Assembly (NCBI GenBank): GCA_024275165.1
Contig: JAJRZQ010000036.1
Location: 16,293 to 80,292, forward strand
Source of the DNA: a bacterium
Lineage (GTDB): Bacteria; SAR324; XYD2-FULL-50-16
Direction: 5' to 3'
DNA length: 64,000 nt
Shown here: positions 37,135 to 46,898 of the stretch, in pieces
Numbering within the stretch: the first letter of the stretch is position 1
Layout: each line of letters starts with the position of its first letter
The notes under the pieces: model-generated
Databases searched by the model: none
What the model was told of the DNA's origin: nothing
The model's input: only the letters and a program-made list of their open reading frames with translations
Program-made: the position numbers and the translations under genes

Positions 37135-37454
37135 GGTAGCCTGTCCTTGATGCAATTGCAGATTACTGCTGCTCAATGAGGATTTAGCGAACAATTCTAA
37201 CGGTTGGTACGAAGGTTCTATACCAAGACACTATGGCGCCCTCTAAGTAGATAGAGAGAATTCCCTTCCTTTGATCCCTGGATCAATAGCCTAGTGGATT
37301 TGCGATAAAATATTTACATAATTTTTATGAATGGTCGAGAAAAAAAATTATTTTTTTTCCAACTTCTAGACCGATGGGCTCCTTCCTTATTCCACGCCAA
37401 CCGCAACACCCCCTCTTTGTAAAAAATCGAGTCCCTCAAAAGCAGGGGGGCATG

Positions 37455-37490
37455 CAAAAAAAAAGCGGCCCTTGCAGGCCGCTTCTTTTA
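37455..37490. terminator. Bidirectional rho-independent terminator (A-run, GCGGCC-CTTGCA-GGCCGC, T-run) downstream of the 37510..38469 gene
   Basis: Stem-loop with flanking A8 and T-rich runs, seen directly. Confidence 0.5.
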
Positions 37491-37509
37491 TTCTTCGCCA
37501 GAGAAGGAT

Positions 37510-38469
37510 TTATTCAAGGAGTTGAGCCTTGTACTCTTCTAATTCAGCACGATAGGTTTTATCGAGTTTCAGTTTTTTATAAACGCGAAACAGATAAGGA
37601 GCCATTTCGATTTCATCGGGGTTATCCTTTAAGTATTGGCGATACTTTTCCATCGCGGCTACATAGAGCTGCTGATCTTCAAAGTAGTTCCCCAACATAA
37701 AGGCGTTATCGGGATATTCTTTCTGCAAAGCCGATACGGAATCGCTCAGCTTTTTTTGCTCACTCCCTTCAAGCCAGGTAATGGTGCGGGGCTCAATTTT
37801 GCCTTTGCGTTTATTGGGCTTCATGGAAACCGCTTTTTTGCCGTTTTTGTAAGCCTCAATGCTGTAGACAACCGTTCCCTTTACGGGCTGAATCTTAGCG
37901 CGAACAATCGCGTTTTTAGTGGCAGGAACCTTATAAACCTTCTTGCCGACGGTCAACTTATAGCTGTATTGCTTGCCTAAGTTTTCCCAAACCACGAAGG
38001 GATAATCGGAGTAAACAACCAATTCACGCACTGCGTCGATTTGCGTTTTTTTCTTCGATTGGCTTCTACGCACCGTGGTAAAAGACTGAGATTTATCAAA
38101 ACGCTTCATTAAGCTTACGGCAAGCTGGTTACTGGTTGCTGCTTTTTTCAGCTTCCCCTTCACCGCATGAATGCCTTTAGCGGTCACTTTAATTTCAGAG
38201 TTTGGCCCCATCATAAAGTTTTCGCCCGTAAGTTTATTGGTAATGCGGCCTTCGCCATATTTACCGGTGCGGATCGTGTAGCCGACAAACAAAAACTTGT
38301 TGCGCCGTACCTTTTTCCACTTGTGGTTTTTCTTGGAGTACTCCGTGGCCCCCTTGACTTGGCTGATCACGGCTACAGGGTCCTTAGACCCCGCATAGGC
38401 GACAGCACCGAATAGGAAGAAAAAAATACTTCCTAAGGCTATCAATTTTTGAACTGCTTTCATGGTCAT
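37510..38469 (-). CDS. Secreted Lys-rich hypothetical protein (319 aa)
   Basis: The signal peptide is MTMKAVQKLIALGSIFFFLFGAVAYAG. The C-terminal region is helical and TPR-like (YRQYLKDNPDEIEMAPYLFRVYKKL). Confidence 0.5.
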   Translation of the reverse strand: MTMKAVQKLIALGSIFFFLFGAVAYAGSKDPVAVISQVKGATEYSKKNHKWKKVRRNKFLFVGYTIRTGKYGEGRITNKLTGENFMMGPNSEIKVTAKGIHAVKGKLKKAATSNQLAVSLMKRFDKSQSFTTVRRSQSKKKTQIDAVRELVVYSDYPFVVWENLGKQYSYKLTVGKKVYKVPATKNAIVRAKIQPVKGTVVYSIEAYKNGKKAVSMKPNKRKGKIEPRTITWLEGSEQKKLSDSVSALQKEYPDNAFMLGNYFEDQQLYVAAMEKYRQYLKDNPDEIEMAPYLFRVYKKLKLDKTYRAELEEYKAQLLE

Positions 38470-38722
38470 CCCCTTTTGCAGGTTCTAAACGAGCTTGTAG
38501 ACCGGAAGGGTCTCTTTGCCTCTTATTTATAGTTAAATTATAAGGTATCTCTTTTTATCATGCAAGTAATCCTTCAATTTTTTTTAGGGTATTTACCCTA
38601 TTTTTAGGCAAAGTCAAGCAGAGAACGCTCTGATTCAAGCCACCCTTTCCCCTTGCCAAAGCCTACGCCCCACTTATAAGTTTAACCTTAAAGGAAAAAC
38701 CGCTCACTGAACAAAAATAGAT

Positions 38723-40057
38723 ATGGAATGGCTTAAAAATTCATGGCGACAAAAAAAGGCAGAACAACAACCAGATTGGCCTGAGCCTGCTTTTTTGCAA
38801 CGCGTTTGCGGCGAATTGGAAGCCCTACCCCCTTTAGTCTTTGCCGGAGAGATTCGCACTTTAAAGTCTTACCTTGCCCAGGCGCAAGAAGGAAACGCCT
38901 TTTTGCTCCAGGGAGGGGATTGCGCCGAAGAATTTAAAAACTGCACCGCCCCCACCATTCGCGAAACCCTAAAGGTGATTTTGCAAATGGCGGTAGTGTT
39001 AAGCTTTTCAGGGGAAAAACCCGTCATCAAAATCGGGCGCATCGCGGGCCAATACGCCAAGCCTCGTTCTAGTTCCATTGAAAAAAAAAGCGCAATTGAA
39101 CTCCCCAGTTACCGAGGCGACATCGTCAATGGGGCCGACTTCACCCCAGAGGCCCGCTTACCCGACCCAAACCGCTTAAAAGAGGCCTACTGGCGCAGCG
39201 CCTCCACCTTAAATCTCTTGCGGGCCTTTACCAAAGGCGGCTTTGCCGACCTGCACCGAGTGCATGCCTGGAACCAGGATTTCATCCAAAAAAGCACCGA
39301 GGGGCACCGCTATGAGGAGCTGGCCAAAGCCATTGAAAAGGCCCTGGCTTTTTTAAAGGTCATCGGGATTCAAGACGATCATCCAGAAATCCACGAGGTG
39401 GATTTTTACACCAGTCATGAAGCCTTACTCTTAAACTACGAAGAAGCCTTAACCCGCAAAGACACCATTACGGGAAATTGGTACGACTGTAGCGCGCATA
39501 TGCTGTGGATCGGGGATCGCACCCGCCAGCTCGACGGCGCTCATATCGAGTTCTTGCGCGGAGTCCGCAACCCCATTGGGATGAAAATCGGCCCCAAACA
39601 CGACTTAGATGAGATCAAGCGCATCATCGAGCGGCTCAATCCAAACAATGAAGGAGGCCGTATCACCCTGATCACTCGCTTTGGCGCCGATCAGGTGGAC
39701 CGACACCTCCCCCCCTTGGCGCGCGAAATCACCCGATCCGGCTTCAAGGTACTCTGGAGTTGCGACCCCATGCACGGCAATACCTATCTTTCATCCAGCA
39801 ATTACAAAAGCCGTAAATTCACCAGCATCATCAACGAAATCTTACGCTTTTTTGAGGTTCACCGGGCCGAGGGCACCGTACCCGGCGGGGTTCACCTTGA
39901 ATTGACGGGGCTGGATGTAACCGAATGCACCGGCGGGGCCCAGCAAATTGAAGATCACCACCTAGAAAACAACTACGCCACCAACTGCGACCCTCGGCTC
40001 AACGCCCAGCAAGCTCTAGAATTGGCCTTTTTGATTTCCGATAAGCTTAAAGGATAA
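38723..40057 (+). CDS. 3-deoxy-7-phosphoheptulonate (DAHP) synthase, class II
   Basis: Length is about 444 aa. The N-terminus W...PDWPEP...L..LPPLVFAGE and the motifs IGDRTRQLDGAHIEF, KIGPK and CDPMHGNT are typical of type II AroA. Confidence 0.85.
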   Translation: MEWLKNSWRQKKAEQQPDWPEPAFLQRVCGELEALPPLVFAGEIRTLKSYLAQAQEGNAFLLQGGDCAEEFKNCTAPTIRETLKVILQMAVVLSFSGEKPVIKIGRIAGQYAKPRSSSIEKKSAIELPSYRGDIVNGADFTPEARLPDPNRLKEAYWRSASTLNLLRAFTKGGFADLHRVHAWNQDFIQKSTEGHRYEELAKAIEKALAFLKVIGIQDDHPEIHEVDFYTSHEALLLNYEEALTRKDTITGNWYDCSAHMLWIGDRTRQLDGAHIEFLRGVRNPIGMKIGPKHDLDEIKRIIERLNPNNEGGRITLITRFGADQVDRHLPPLAREITRSGFKVLWSCDPMHGNTYLSSSNYKSRKFTSIINEILRFFEVHRAEGTVPGGVHLELTGLDVTECTGGAQQIEDHHLENNYATNCDPRLNAQQALELAFLISDKLKG

Positions 40058-40060
40058 CTG

Positions 40061-40840
40061 GTGAAACCGATTACCCTGCCCCAACTCACCGCCATGAAAG
40101 GGGTGACCGCCCAAGTTTGGGCCACCGCCTATGACGCCTGGATGGCTAAAATTCTAGACGAGGTCGTTGAGGTGATCTTGGTGGGCGACTCCTTGGGAAT
40201 GGTGGTGCAGGGAAAAGAAAACACCCTGCCTGTTACTCTCGATGAGATGATCTATCATACTCAAATGGTCCAACGAAATTGCCAGCGGGCCTTTTTAGTC
40301 ACCGACCTCCCCTTTTTGAGCTATCAAACCAGCCCCCAAGAAGCGATTCGCTCAGCGGGCCGGGTCTTAAAAGAAGCGGGTGCCCAGGCAGTGAAACTCG
40401 AAGGGGGAAAAGAAATGGCAGAGACCATTCACGCCTTGACCCGGGTAGGGATTCCCGTGGTGGGGCATTTGGGGATGACTCCGCAATCGGTTCATGCCTT
40501 TGGCGGTTTTGGCAAGCAAGCCAAGGACAGCCAAGGAGCTAAACGGCTTTTGGAAGATGCCCAAGACATTTGCGCTGCCGGGGCCTTTGCTTTTGTTTTG
40601 GAAAATATCCCCCACGACTTGGCCCAACAGGTTACCCGAGCCGTCCCCGCCTTGACCATCGGCATCGGGGCCGGAGGCGATACCGATGGCCAGGTCCAAG
40701 TCTTTCACGATCTTTTTGGACTCTATGAGGACTTCACCCCCCGCCACGCCGTGAAGTTCGGTGAACTGGGAAAAGAAATGAAACAAATGGCGCAAAACTA
40801 CGCGCTTGCCGTGCGGGAAAAAAAATTAATCAGCCCTTAG
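40061..40840 (+). CDS. panB: 3-methyl-2-oxobutanoate hydroxymethyltransferase
   Basis: The motifs VILVGDSLGMVVQGKENTLPVTLDEMIYHTQMV and KLEGG...GIPVVGHLGMTPQS are present. Confidence 0.9.
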   Translation: MKPITLPQLTAMKGVTAQVWATAYDAWMAKILDEVVEVILVGDSLGMVVQGKENTLPVTLDEMIYHTQMVQRNCQRAFLVTDLPFLSYQTSPQEAIRSAGRVLKEAGAQAVKLEGGKEMAETIHALTRVGIPVVGHLGMTPQSVHAFGGFGKQAKDSQGAKRLLEDAQDICAAGAFAFVLENIPHDLAQQVTRAVPALTIGIGAGGDTDGQVQVFHDLFGLYEDFTPRHAVKFGELGKEMKQMAQNYALAVREKKLISP

Positions 40841-41375
40841 ATTGAACTTCCGAATCTAAAAAGACGCGGCTTCCCGTGGCTTTTTTCTGCCCTTGATACT
40901 TCCCCTGGTAGGGATTTAAGGCCGCTTGATCCATCTCTGCGAGGACTAATTGACAAATCCGCCGCCCCGCGTCCAATTTAAGAGGTAGGTTGTTGGCATT
41001 AAAAAGCTCCAGCGTAATCTCCCCTTCAAAACCGGGGTCTACCCAACCGGCATTTTGAATAAACAACCCCATTCGCCCAATGGAGCTGCGACCCTCCACA
41101 AAGGCGGTGAGGTTGTTGGGCAGTTTGATGTATTCCTTGGTGGTGGCTAAAATGAACTGCCTCGGCGGCAAGATGAGGCAAGCCATCTCCAACTTTTCGT
41201 ATTGGGGAGGCGTGTCTAGGTTTAAATGGGTCAGGTTATGCTCGTCTACCTTGGCGTAGCTGGTTCCCAACCGAAGGTCGATGCTGGCGGGTTGGAGCTG
41301 CTGCTGCTCCAAGGGAGTCACCGCGAGGTCGCCGCAGGCGAGTAATTCTTTGATGCGCTTATCTGATAAAATCAT
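40830..41375 (-). CDS. dcd: dCTP deaminase
   Basis: MILSDKRIKELL...LQPASIDLRLG...GWVDPGFEGEITLELFN are classic Dcd/dUTPase-fold motifs. The start is ATG at 41373-41375. Confidence 0.85.
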   Translation of the reverse strand: MILSDKRIKELLACGDLAVTPLEQQQLQPASIDLRLGTSYAKVDEHNLTHLNLDTPPQYEKLEMACLILPPRQFILATTKEYIKLPNNLTAFVEGRSSIGRMGLFIQNAGWVDPGFEGEITLELFNANNLPLKLDAGRRICQLVLAEMDQAALNPYQGKYQGQKKATGSRVFLDSEVQSKG

Positions 41376-41462
41376 AGTTTTTCTCTGGGTAGGGGCTTTA
41401 AAGACTATAAAACCCGACCCGTTTCGGCAAGAACGAATCCAACCCTCTAAACAGCAATTTTT

Positions 41463-42608
41463 ATGAGTTCTTTTGAGTTTCACTTAACCCATACCGACCC
41501 CAGCGGCGCCCGGCGCGGCGAGTTCACCACCCCCCACGGCAAGGTGCAAACCCCCATTTTTATGCCCGTGGGCACGGCCGCGGCCATGAAGGCCATCACT
41601 CCAGCGCAATTGAGCGAAGCAGGCGGCCAAATCCTGCTTGCAAACGCCTATCATTTAGCCAACCGGCCCGGCCCGGACTTGATTGAAAAACTCGGTGGCC
41701 TGCATGGGTTTATGGGGTGGGAAGGGCCGATTTTGACCGATTCGGGGGGCTACCAGGTGTTTAGCCTAAAGACCCGTCAAGTGGATGAAGAGGGGGTCAC
41801 CTTCAGCTATCACAAGGGAGGGGCGCCCGCGCGCCTTACCCCGAGCAGCAGCATGAACATTCAAGAACGGCTCGGCGCCGATATCATCATGGCCTTTGAC
41901 GAGTGTGTGGAATTTCCCACCACCCATGCCTATGCCAAAGAAGCCCTCAAGCGCACCACAAAATGGGCAAAAATCTGCAAATCCGTACACCAACGAAAGG
42001 ATCAGGCCCTTTTTGGCATCTCCCAGGGGGCTCTTTTTGAAGACCTGCGCAAACAAAGCCTGGCCGAACTCCAAGAGATCGACTTTCCCGGTTATGCCAT
42101 CGGCGGTTTGAGTGTCGGGGAGGGGCTCGACAACATGAACCGCGCCTTGGATTTCATCACCCCCTTGATGCCCATGGATAAACCCCGTTATCTCATGGGG
42201 ATCGGCCTCCCTGAAGACATGTTGGAAGCCATTGAGCGGGGAGTGGATATGATGGATTGCGTGATCCCCACAAAATTTGCCCGCTCCGGGGTACTCTTTA
42301 CCCATGCGGGGCGGATTCGGGTTACCAATGGGGAGTTTCGCAAAGATAAATTCCCCCCCGATACCCATTGCCGCTGCTATACCTGTTCCCACTTCAGCCG
42401 CGCCTACCTGCATCACCTCTTTGCCGCCAACGAGGTCTTGAGCGCGACCTTGACCAGCATCCACAACCTGCATTTTTACCTCGGCTTGATGCGACAAGCG
42501 AGAACCGCCATTGAAGAAGGGCGATACCTAAGCTTTAAAGCGGATTTTTATGCTTTATACTTTCGCAAAGAGAGGAAAAAATCCCCCAGCCGCAGCAAAG
42601 GGAAATGA
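41463..42608 (+). CDS. tgt: Queuine tRNA-ribosyltransferase (tRNA-guanine transglycosylase)
   Basis: The sequence contains GARRGEFTTPHGKVQTPIFMPVGTAAAMK, LTDSGGYQVFSL and the zinc site CRCYTCSHFSRAYLHHL. Confidence 0.9.
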   Translation: MSSFEFHLTHTDPSGARRGEFTTPHGKVQTPIFMPVGTAAAMKAITPAQLSEAGGQILLANAYHLANRPGPDLIEKLGGLHGFMGWEGPILTDSGGYQVFSLKTRQVDEEGVTFSYHKGGAPARLTPSSSMNIQERLGADIIMAFDECVEFPTTHAYAKEALKRTTKWAKICKSVHQRKDQALFGISQGALFEDLRKQSLAELQEIDFPGYAIGGLSVGEGLDNMNRALDFITPLMPMDKPRYLMGIGLPEDMLEAIERGVDMMDCVIPTKFARSGVLFTHAGRIRVTNGEFRKDKFPPDTHCRCYTCSHFSRAYLHHLFAANEVLSATLTSIHNLHFYLGLMRQARTAIEEGRYLSFKADFYALYFRKERKKSPSRSKGK

Positions 42609-44707
42609 AACTTACCGCCAAAAATGTGGTCGCCTGCCTACAAGCCTTCCCCCAAGGGCTAAGCGCCAAGGAACTCTTAAAGGCCTTAGGGCAAAGCCAA
42701 GCAAAAAAAAACCAATTGCGGGGAATCTTGCGAGGCTTGAGCGGAGGCCGACTGATCGTCAAAGAAAAAGATCGCTATCAACTAACGGGGAAGCCGCTCA
42801 AGGAAAAAAAGCGCCCCCGCCAAAGAGAAGGCGATCTCAAAGGGCAGGCCGCCCAGCTCGACCAGAGAGGGGTCCTCTTTTGGCAGGGAGATACTCCCAT
42901 GCTGTGGCCCTTAGGCAAATTGGAACCCTTTGCCGTTTCCAAAAAACAAGCGGGCCTAAGCGACTTGATTCCCGGCGATGAGGTGCGCTTTGAGCCCAAG
43001 GTCCGCGGGGGAGCCTACAACCTCAAGCCCCTCTCTCGCAAATTAGAGGCGGTTCAGGCCAAGCTTTTTTGCCAAAGGGAACAAATGTGGGGCCAACCTC
43101 TTTGTTCCGGGCTCCCCGCCCTCGCCTTAAGCGGCTTGCCTTTTGACCCTCACCTTGAGGGCCGCTTTGCCTTGATCAGCGCCCTAGACCTGCCTCAAAA
43201 GGCCAAGGTCTTAAGGGTGTTGCCTCACAACCCCAGCTACGAAGAGCTCTACCAAGATATTTTCACCGACTTCGGGCTGACCCTTCCCTTCCCCGCTGAA
43301 GCGCTAAAAGAGGCGGCGTCTTACCCGGAGCGGGCCCCCCTGGAAGAAGGCCGTAAAGACTTGCGCCACCTTGATTTGGTAACCATCGATGGGGAGGACG
43401 CGAAAGACTATGACGACGCGATCTTCGTGAGCCCAGAAGGGGAAAACTACCGGCTCTTCGTGGCCATTGCCGATGTGGCGCATTTCGTCCGCCCCGGCAC
43501 TCCCTTGGATCAAGAGGCGCAACGGCGCTCTACCAGTGTCTACTTGCCCGGCTATGTCATCCCCATGTTGCCTGAGGCCCTAAGCAACGGGCTTTGCAGC
43601 CTGCAAGCGGGAAAGGACCGCTTGAGCCTCACCTGCGAAATGCTCATAGACCCTCAAGGGAGCGCTCTCGAGTTTCAAGTCTATGAAGCGGTGATCCAGG
43701 TGCGCCAACGCCTGACCTATGACCAACTCGATCACTTTTTTCAAGGCAAGGAAACTCAAGGCCTCGCCCCTTCTTTGCCCGAGATGCTGACCCAAGCGGG
43801 TCAGCTCGCGCAGATCTTGCAAAAAAAACGCGCTCAAAGAGGGGCGATCCAATTCTCTTTGCCCGATTCCCGCTTTTTCTTTACCCCCGAGGGGCAAATC
43901 CAAACCGTAGTTAAAACCCGGCAAACGGTTTCCCAAAAACTGATCGAGCAGTTCATGCTCGAGGCCAATGAATCCGTGGGCAAGCTGGTCGATCAAGAGG
44001 GATTGTCCATTCTCTGGCGCAATCACCCCGACCCCCTCCCCGAAAAAATGCGGGCTCTACGCGAAATGCTCCACAACGAAGGGGTTCGCCTCGCCCACCT
44101 GAAATCGGGCAAGGACTATAACGAAGTCTTAAAACGGGTTTTAGGGAGCCACAAACAAGAATACATCGAATATCATCTTTTGCGCAGTCTCTCTTTGGCT
44201 CTCTATGAATCGCAACGCTTACACCACTTCGGGCTGGCGGCAAGCCATTATCTGCATTTTACCAGCCCCATCCGCCGCTACCCCGACTTAGTGGTACACC
44301 GTGCCTTCAAGGCTTGGCTTAAGGGGCAAAAACCCTGGAAAACACCTTACTGGCTGGGCCAACAGGCCAGTGACCGAGAGCGCAACGCCCAAAAGGCGGA
44401 GCGCGATGCCAACCGCCTGCAAAAAATGATCTTAATGGCGGACCGGATTGGCGAAGTTTTTACCGGCAAACTCAGCGGATTGCATCAAGCGGGGATTTGG
44501 ATCGAACTGAGCGACCCCTTTGTCGAGGGGTTTATCCCCTACGCGGCCATTCCCGATGATCATTACCACTTTGAGGAACGCCAATTCAAGGCCTATGGTC
44601 GTTCCACAAAGCGAGTCTTGGCGGTGGGGCAGGCGGTGCAAGTGCTTTTAAACGGCTTAGACCCAAGAAATCGTTCTTTAAACTTTCTTTGGCTCACCTG
44701 GAAATAA
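42605..44707 (+). CDS. rnr: Ribonuclease R (RNase II family, with N-terminal HTH/cold-shock region and C-terminal S1)
   Basis: The RNB catalytic motif is HLDLVTIDGEDAKDYDDAIFV. The C-terminal S1-like segment is GEVFTGKLSGLHQAGIWIEL. Length is 700 aa, and there is a 4-nt overlap with tgt. Confidence 0.85.
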   Translation: MKLTAKNVVACLQAFPQGLSAKELLKALGQSQAKKNQLRGILRGLSGGRLIVKEKDRYQLTGKPLKEKKRPRQREGDLKGQAAQLDQRGVLFWQGDTPMLWPLGKLEPFAVSKKQAGLSDLIPGDEVRFEPKVRGGAYNLKPLSRKLEAVQAKLFCQREQMWGQPLCSGLPALALSGLPFDPHLEGRFALISALDLPQKAKVLRVLPHNPSYEELYQDIFTDFGLTLPFPAEALKEAASYPERAPLEEGRKDLRHLDLVTIDGEDAKDYDDAIFVSPEGENYRLFVAIADVAHFVRPGTPLDQEAQRRSTSVYLPGYVIPMLPEALSNGLCSLQAGKDRLSLTCEMLIDPQGSALEFQVYEAVIQVRQRLTYDQLDHFFQGKETQGLAPSLPEMLTQAGQLAQILQKKRAQRGAIQFSLPDSRFFFTPEGQIQTVVKTRQTVSQKLIEQFMLEANESVGKLVDQEGLSILWRNHPDPLPEKMRALREMLHNEGVRLAHLKSGKDYNEVLKRVLGSHKQEYIEYHLLRSLSLALYESQRLHHFGLAASHYLHFTSPIRRYPDLVVHRAFKAWLKGQKPWKTPYWLGQQASDRERNAQKAERDANRLQKMILMADRIGEVFTGKLSGLHQAGIWIELSDPFVEGFIPYAAIPDDHYHFEERQFKAYGRSTKRVLAVGQAVQVLLNGLDPRNRSLNFLWLTWK

Positions 44708-44982
44708 GGAGCCTTTGAAAAATTCCCCCAACAAACCCATTTCTGTCGGATTTGATAAATTCAGCTAGGTAGCCCCTATTTTTTTATTTTTGAGAGGGAT
44801 TTTCTCTCAACTCCCGTTTCTACGGAGTTTTGCCTGTTTTTAGCCTTAACGAGATTGTGCAGGCCAAAGAGCAGGCAAAGTTGCCCTAGGTTTTTCTCTA
44901 AGCCCCGGTATTTGACTTTGCGATAGCCCCATTGATATTTTAGTACTTGGAAAGGATACTCTACTTTTGCCCTGGTACTACT

Positions 44983-45285
44983 TCAATAGCGATTCCACAA
45001 CTCCTGAGGTGTCTTCAGCTTTTGTCCTCTGGTGGCTTTTTCCAAAACCGCCCGGAAACCTCCAAGCTTTTCAAACTCTTGCTTTTTTGTCTCATTGATT
45101 ATCCCCATAAATCGCCTGTTCCTCGCTATGCAGAAGGCTTTTAAACTGGCTGCTGTCATGATCTTTCGCTGTCGTAGCGGTTACACTGTGGACTAATCCG
45201 CTATTGGCATCCACCCCGGACAGGCTCTCAAGGAACCACATTAATAACCTGATTTGTTCCGCTGGCATCATCAACATCATCCAAA
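44983..45285 (-). mobile_element. Degraded IS5-family (DDE_Tnp_1) transposase remnant, broken across frames
   Basis: One frame gives ...LVHSVTATTAKDHDSSQFKSLLHSEEQAIYGDNQ*. This matches the IS5/IS903 region ...LTTNNVHDSEVLPDLL...VSADGAYDT. The next frame continues INETKKQEFEKLGGFRAVLEKATRGQKLKTPQELWNRY*. Confidence 0.5.
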
Positions 45286-46016
45286 TCTACAGTGTATGGC
45301 TTAGATGGGTCGAAACCAGCTGCATCAGAAAGCACCACCCATACGGTTTCTACCTTAAATGTTGTGCAGGTGGAGGAAGATCCAGACTCAACATAGCCGT
45401 TGTACAACGAACTTGGAAGATCGGAAATACTACCAGCAACTTCGATGGTTTTTTGATTTCCAGCTTGAATAAGGGAGTCTGATAAATTGCAGATAAACGC
45501 ACCAACAGCCACCGGAGTGAACTTGATTTTAAACCCTTTGGTATAGGGGGATATTGTCACTGTTGACTCTTTGTTTCCCGAAACATCATAACCAATTACT
45601 ACAATATCTTGACCGCCAGAAGGGGAACCTATTGTCGATATTGTTGGAGCAGATTCTTCAACCGCTACGGAATAAAAGGTGGAAGAGTCATCTTCAGCAG
45701 TCACCGTATAAAAAGGTAAAAAGCTAAAGTCGTTTGCAGTCACGCCACTTACCTGCGCGACCCCTCCATGAGTTACCGATTTTCCGTTATGTGTAAAACT
45801 CGCAACGAGAGAGCTTCTACTTGTACCATACGGCACCGAAGCAGTTATGTTGGTCCCTGATATCGTAGCGGCAACATCGGAGGAAAGAGCCGAGTTAGTC
45901 GCCGCTAAAAAAGAAAATGAAGTAAATTCACTTGTACTTTTAAGTGCTGCTTTACATCCGGCTAAAACCAAAAAAAACAGCAAAAGGGAAACTGTGAATG
46001 ATTTAGTCATTTTCAT
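45228..46016 (-). CDS. Ser/Thr-rich surface lipoprotein (262 aa), flanked by IS remnants
   Basis: The lipobox is MKMTKSFTVSLLLFFLVLAGCKA. The body is about 35% S/T/G/A with beta-rich, Ig-like character. Its 3' end overlaps the IS5 remnant. Confidence 0.5.
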   Translation of the reverse strand: MKMTKSFTVSLLLFFLVLAGCKAALKSTSEFTSFSFLAATNSALSSDVAATISGTNITASVPYGTSRSSLVASFTHNGKSVTHGGVAQVSGVTANDFSFLPFYTVTAEDDSSTFYSVAVEESAPTISTIGSPSGGQDIVVIGYDVSGNKESTVTISPYTKGFKIKFTPVAVGAFICNLSDSLIQAGNQKTIEVAGSISDLPSSLYNGYVESGSSSTCTTFKVETVWVVLSDAAGFDPSKPYTVDLDDVDDASGTNQVINVVP

Positions 46017-46038
46017 GGTTACCTCAAAATTGTTTGTT

Positions 46039-46672
46039 GATCTGTTAAGAGCCTGTCCAATAAACTATTTTAGCACAAGAAAAATTTGTGATGCTCCGGT
46101 TTGTCTGGACAACCTGAGACCAGTTCTAAGCTCTGATCTTTGTTAAATTGAGGCCTCAGACAGCCTCGATGATTCCCGCGACCCCCATATACTTCATCAG
46201 GGGTATTCCCTCCATGAGTCTGGTGAGGGCGTTCTTGATTATAAAACTCAAACCAGGATTTCAGACCCTTTCTCAGGTCACTGACACCCTCAAAGGTATG
46301 CAGGTACAGGTATTGGTATTTCACAGTCCACCATAAGCGTTCAATGAAAATGTTGTCTTGGTACCACCCCCGGCCATCCATGCTGATACGGATATCGTTT
46401 TGTTTCAGCAGATTGATAAATTCCAGGCTCGTAAACTGAGCACCCTGATCCGTGTTGAATATCTCAGGTGTACCATGTTTCTGAATCGCCCCTTTTAAGG
46501 CCTCAACGCAAAAATCAGTATCCAGGCTGTTGGAGACTCGCCAAGCCAAAACCTGACGGCTGTACCCGTTCATAATGGCCACCAAGTACATGAAACCCCT
46601 TGCCATGGGTACATGTGATATCCGTTGCCCAAACCTGATTGGGCGATCAGTCTCGGGCCTTGTCGGATCTAC
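46039..46672 (-). mobile_element. IS3-family transposase OrfB (rve integrase core), 3' fragment only; OrfA and the 5' half of OrfB are absent
   Basis: ...ETDRPIRFGQRISHVPMARGFMYLVAIMNGYSRQVLAWRVSNS...FNTDQGAQFTS...DGRGWYQDNIFIERLWWTVKYQ...NQERPHQTHGGNTPDEVY carries the DDE-region signatures of IS3 OrfB. The upstream frame is closed by a stop at 46673. A putative terminal TGATCTG lies near 46039. Confidence 0.75.
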
Positions 46673-46852
46673 TCAAATCCTGGGAGCGAATTTGCGCTTT
46701 AAAAACCAAGCAAAAGGTGGCGCCCGTTCCACCACAAGGTTGTATCCCCCCTTTATTTTAAAGGCGATCTCCCGCTTGCTCTATCCGAAAGGGATTCGGA
46801 TTGCATGCCCCCTTCATGAAGGCAAAAAAAACCCCCGCTCAAGGCGGGGGTT

Positions 46853-46886
46853 TTTAACAGAAAAAGAAATTTCTCGCCAATGTAGG
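46853..46886. terminator. Bidirectional intrinsic terminator (A8-CCCCCGC-TCAAG-GCGGGGG-T5) 3' of the EF-G gene
   Basis: Perfect 7-bp GC stem with flanking A and T runs; lies 13 nt downstream of the EF-G stop on the minus strand. Confidence 0.6.
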
Positions 46887-46898
46887 GGTTGTTTCAAC

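Noticed and set aside
41766-42497. 243-aa minus-strand ORF inside tgt
   Set aside because: Antisense to a highly conserved tgt sequence, with no motifs.
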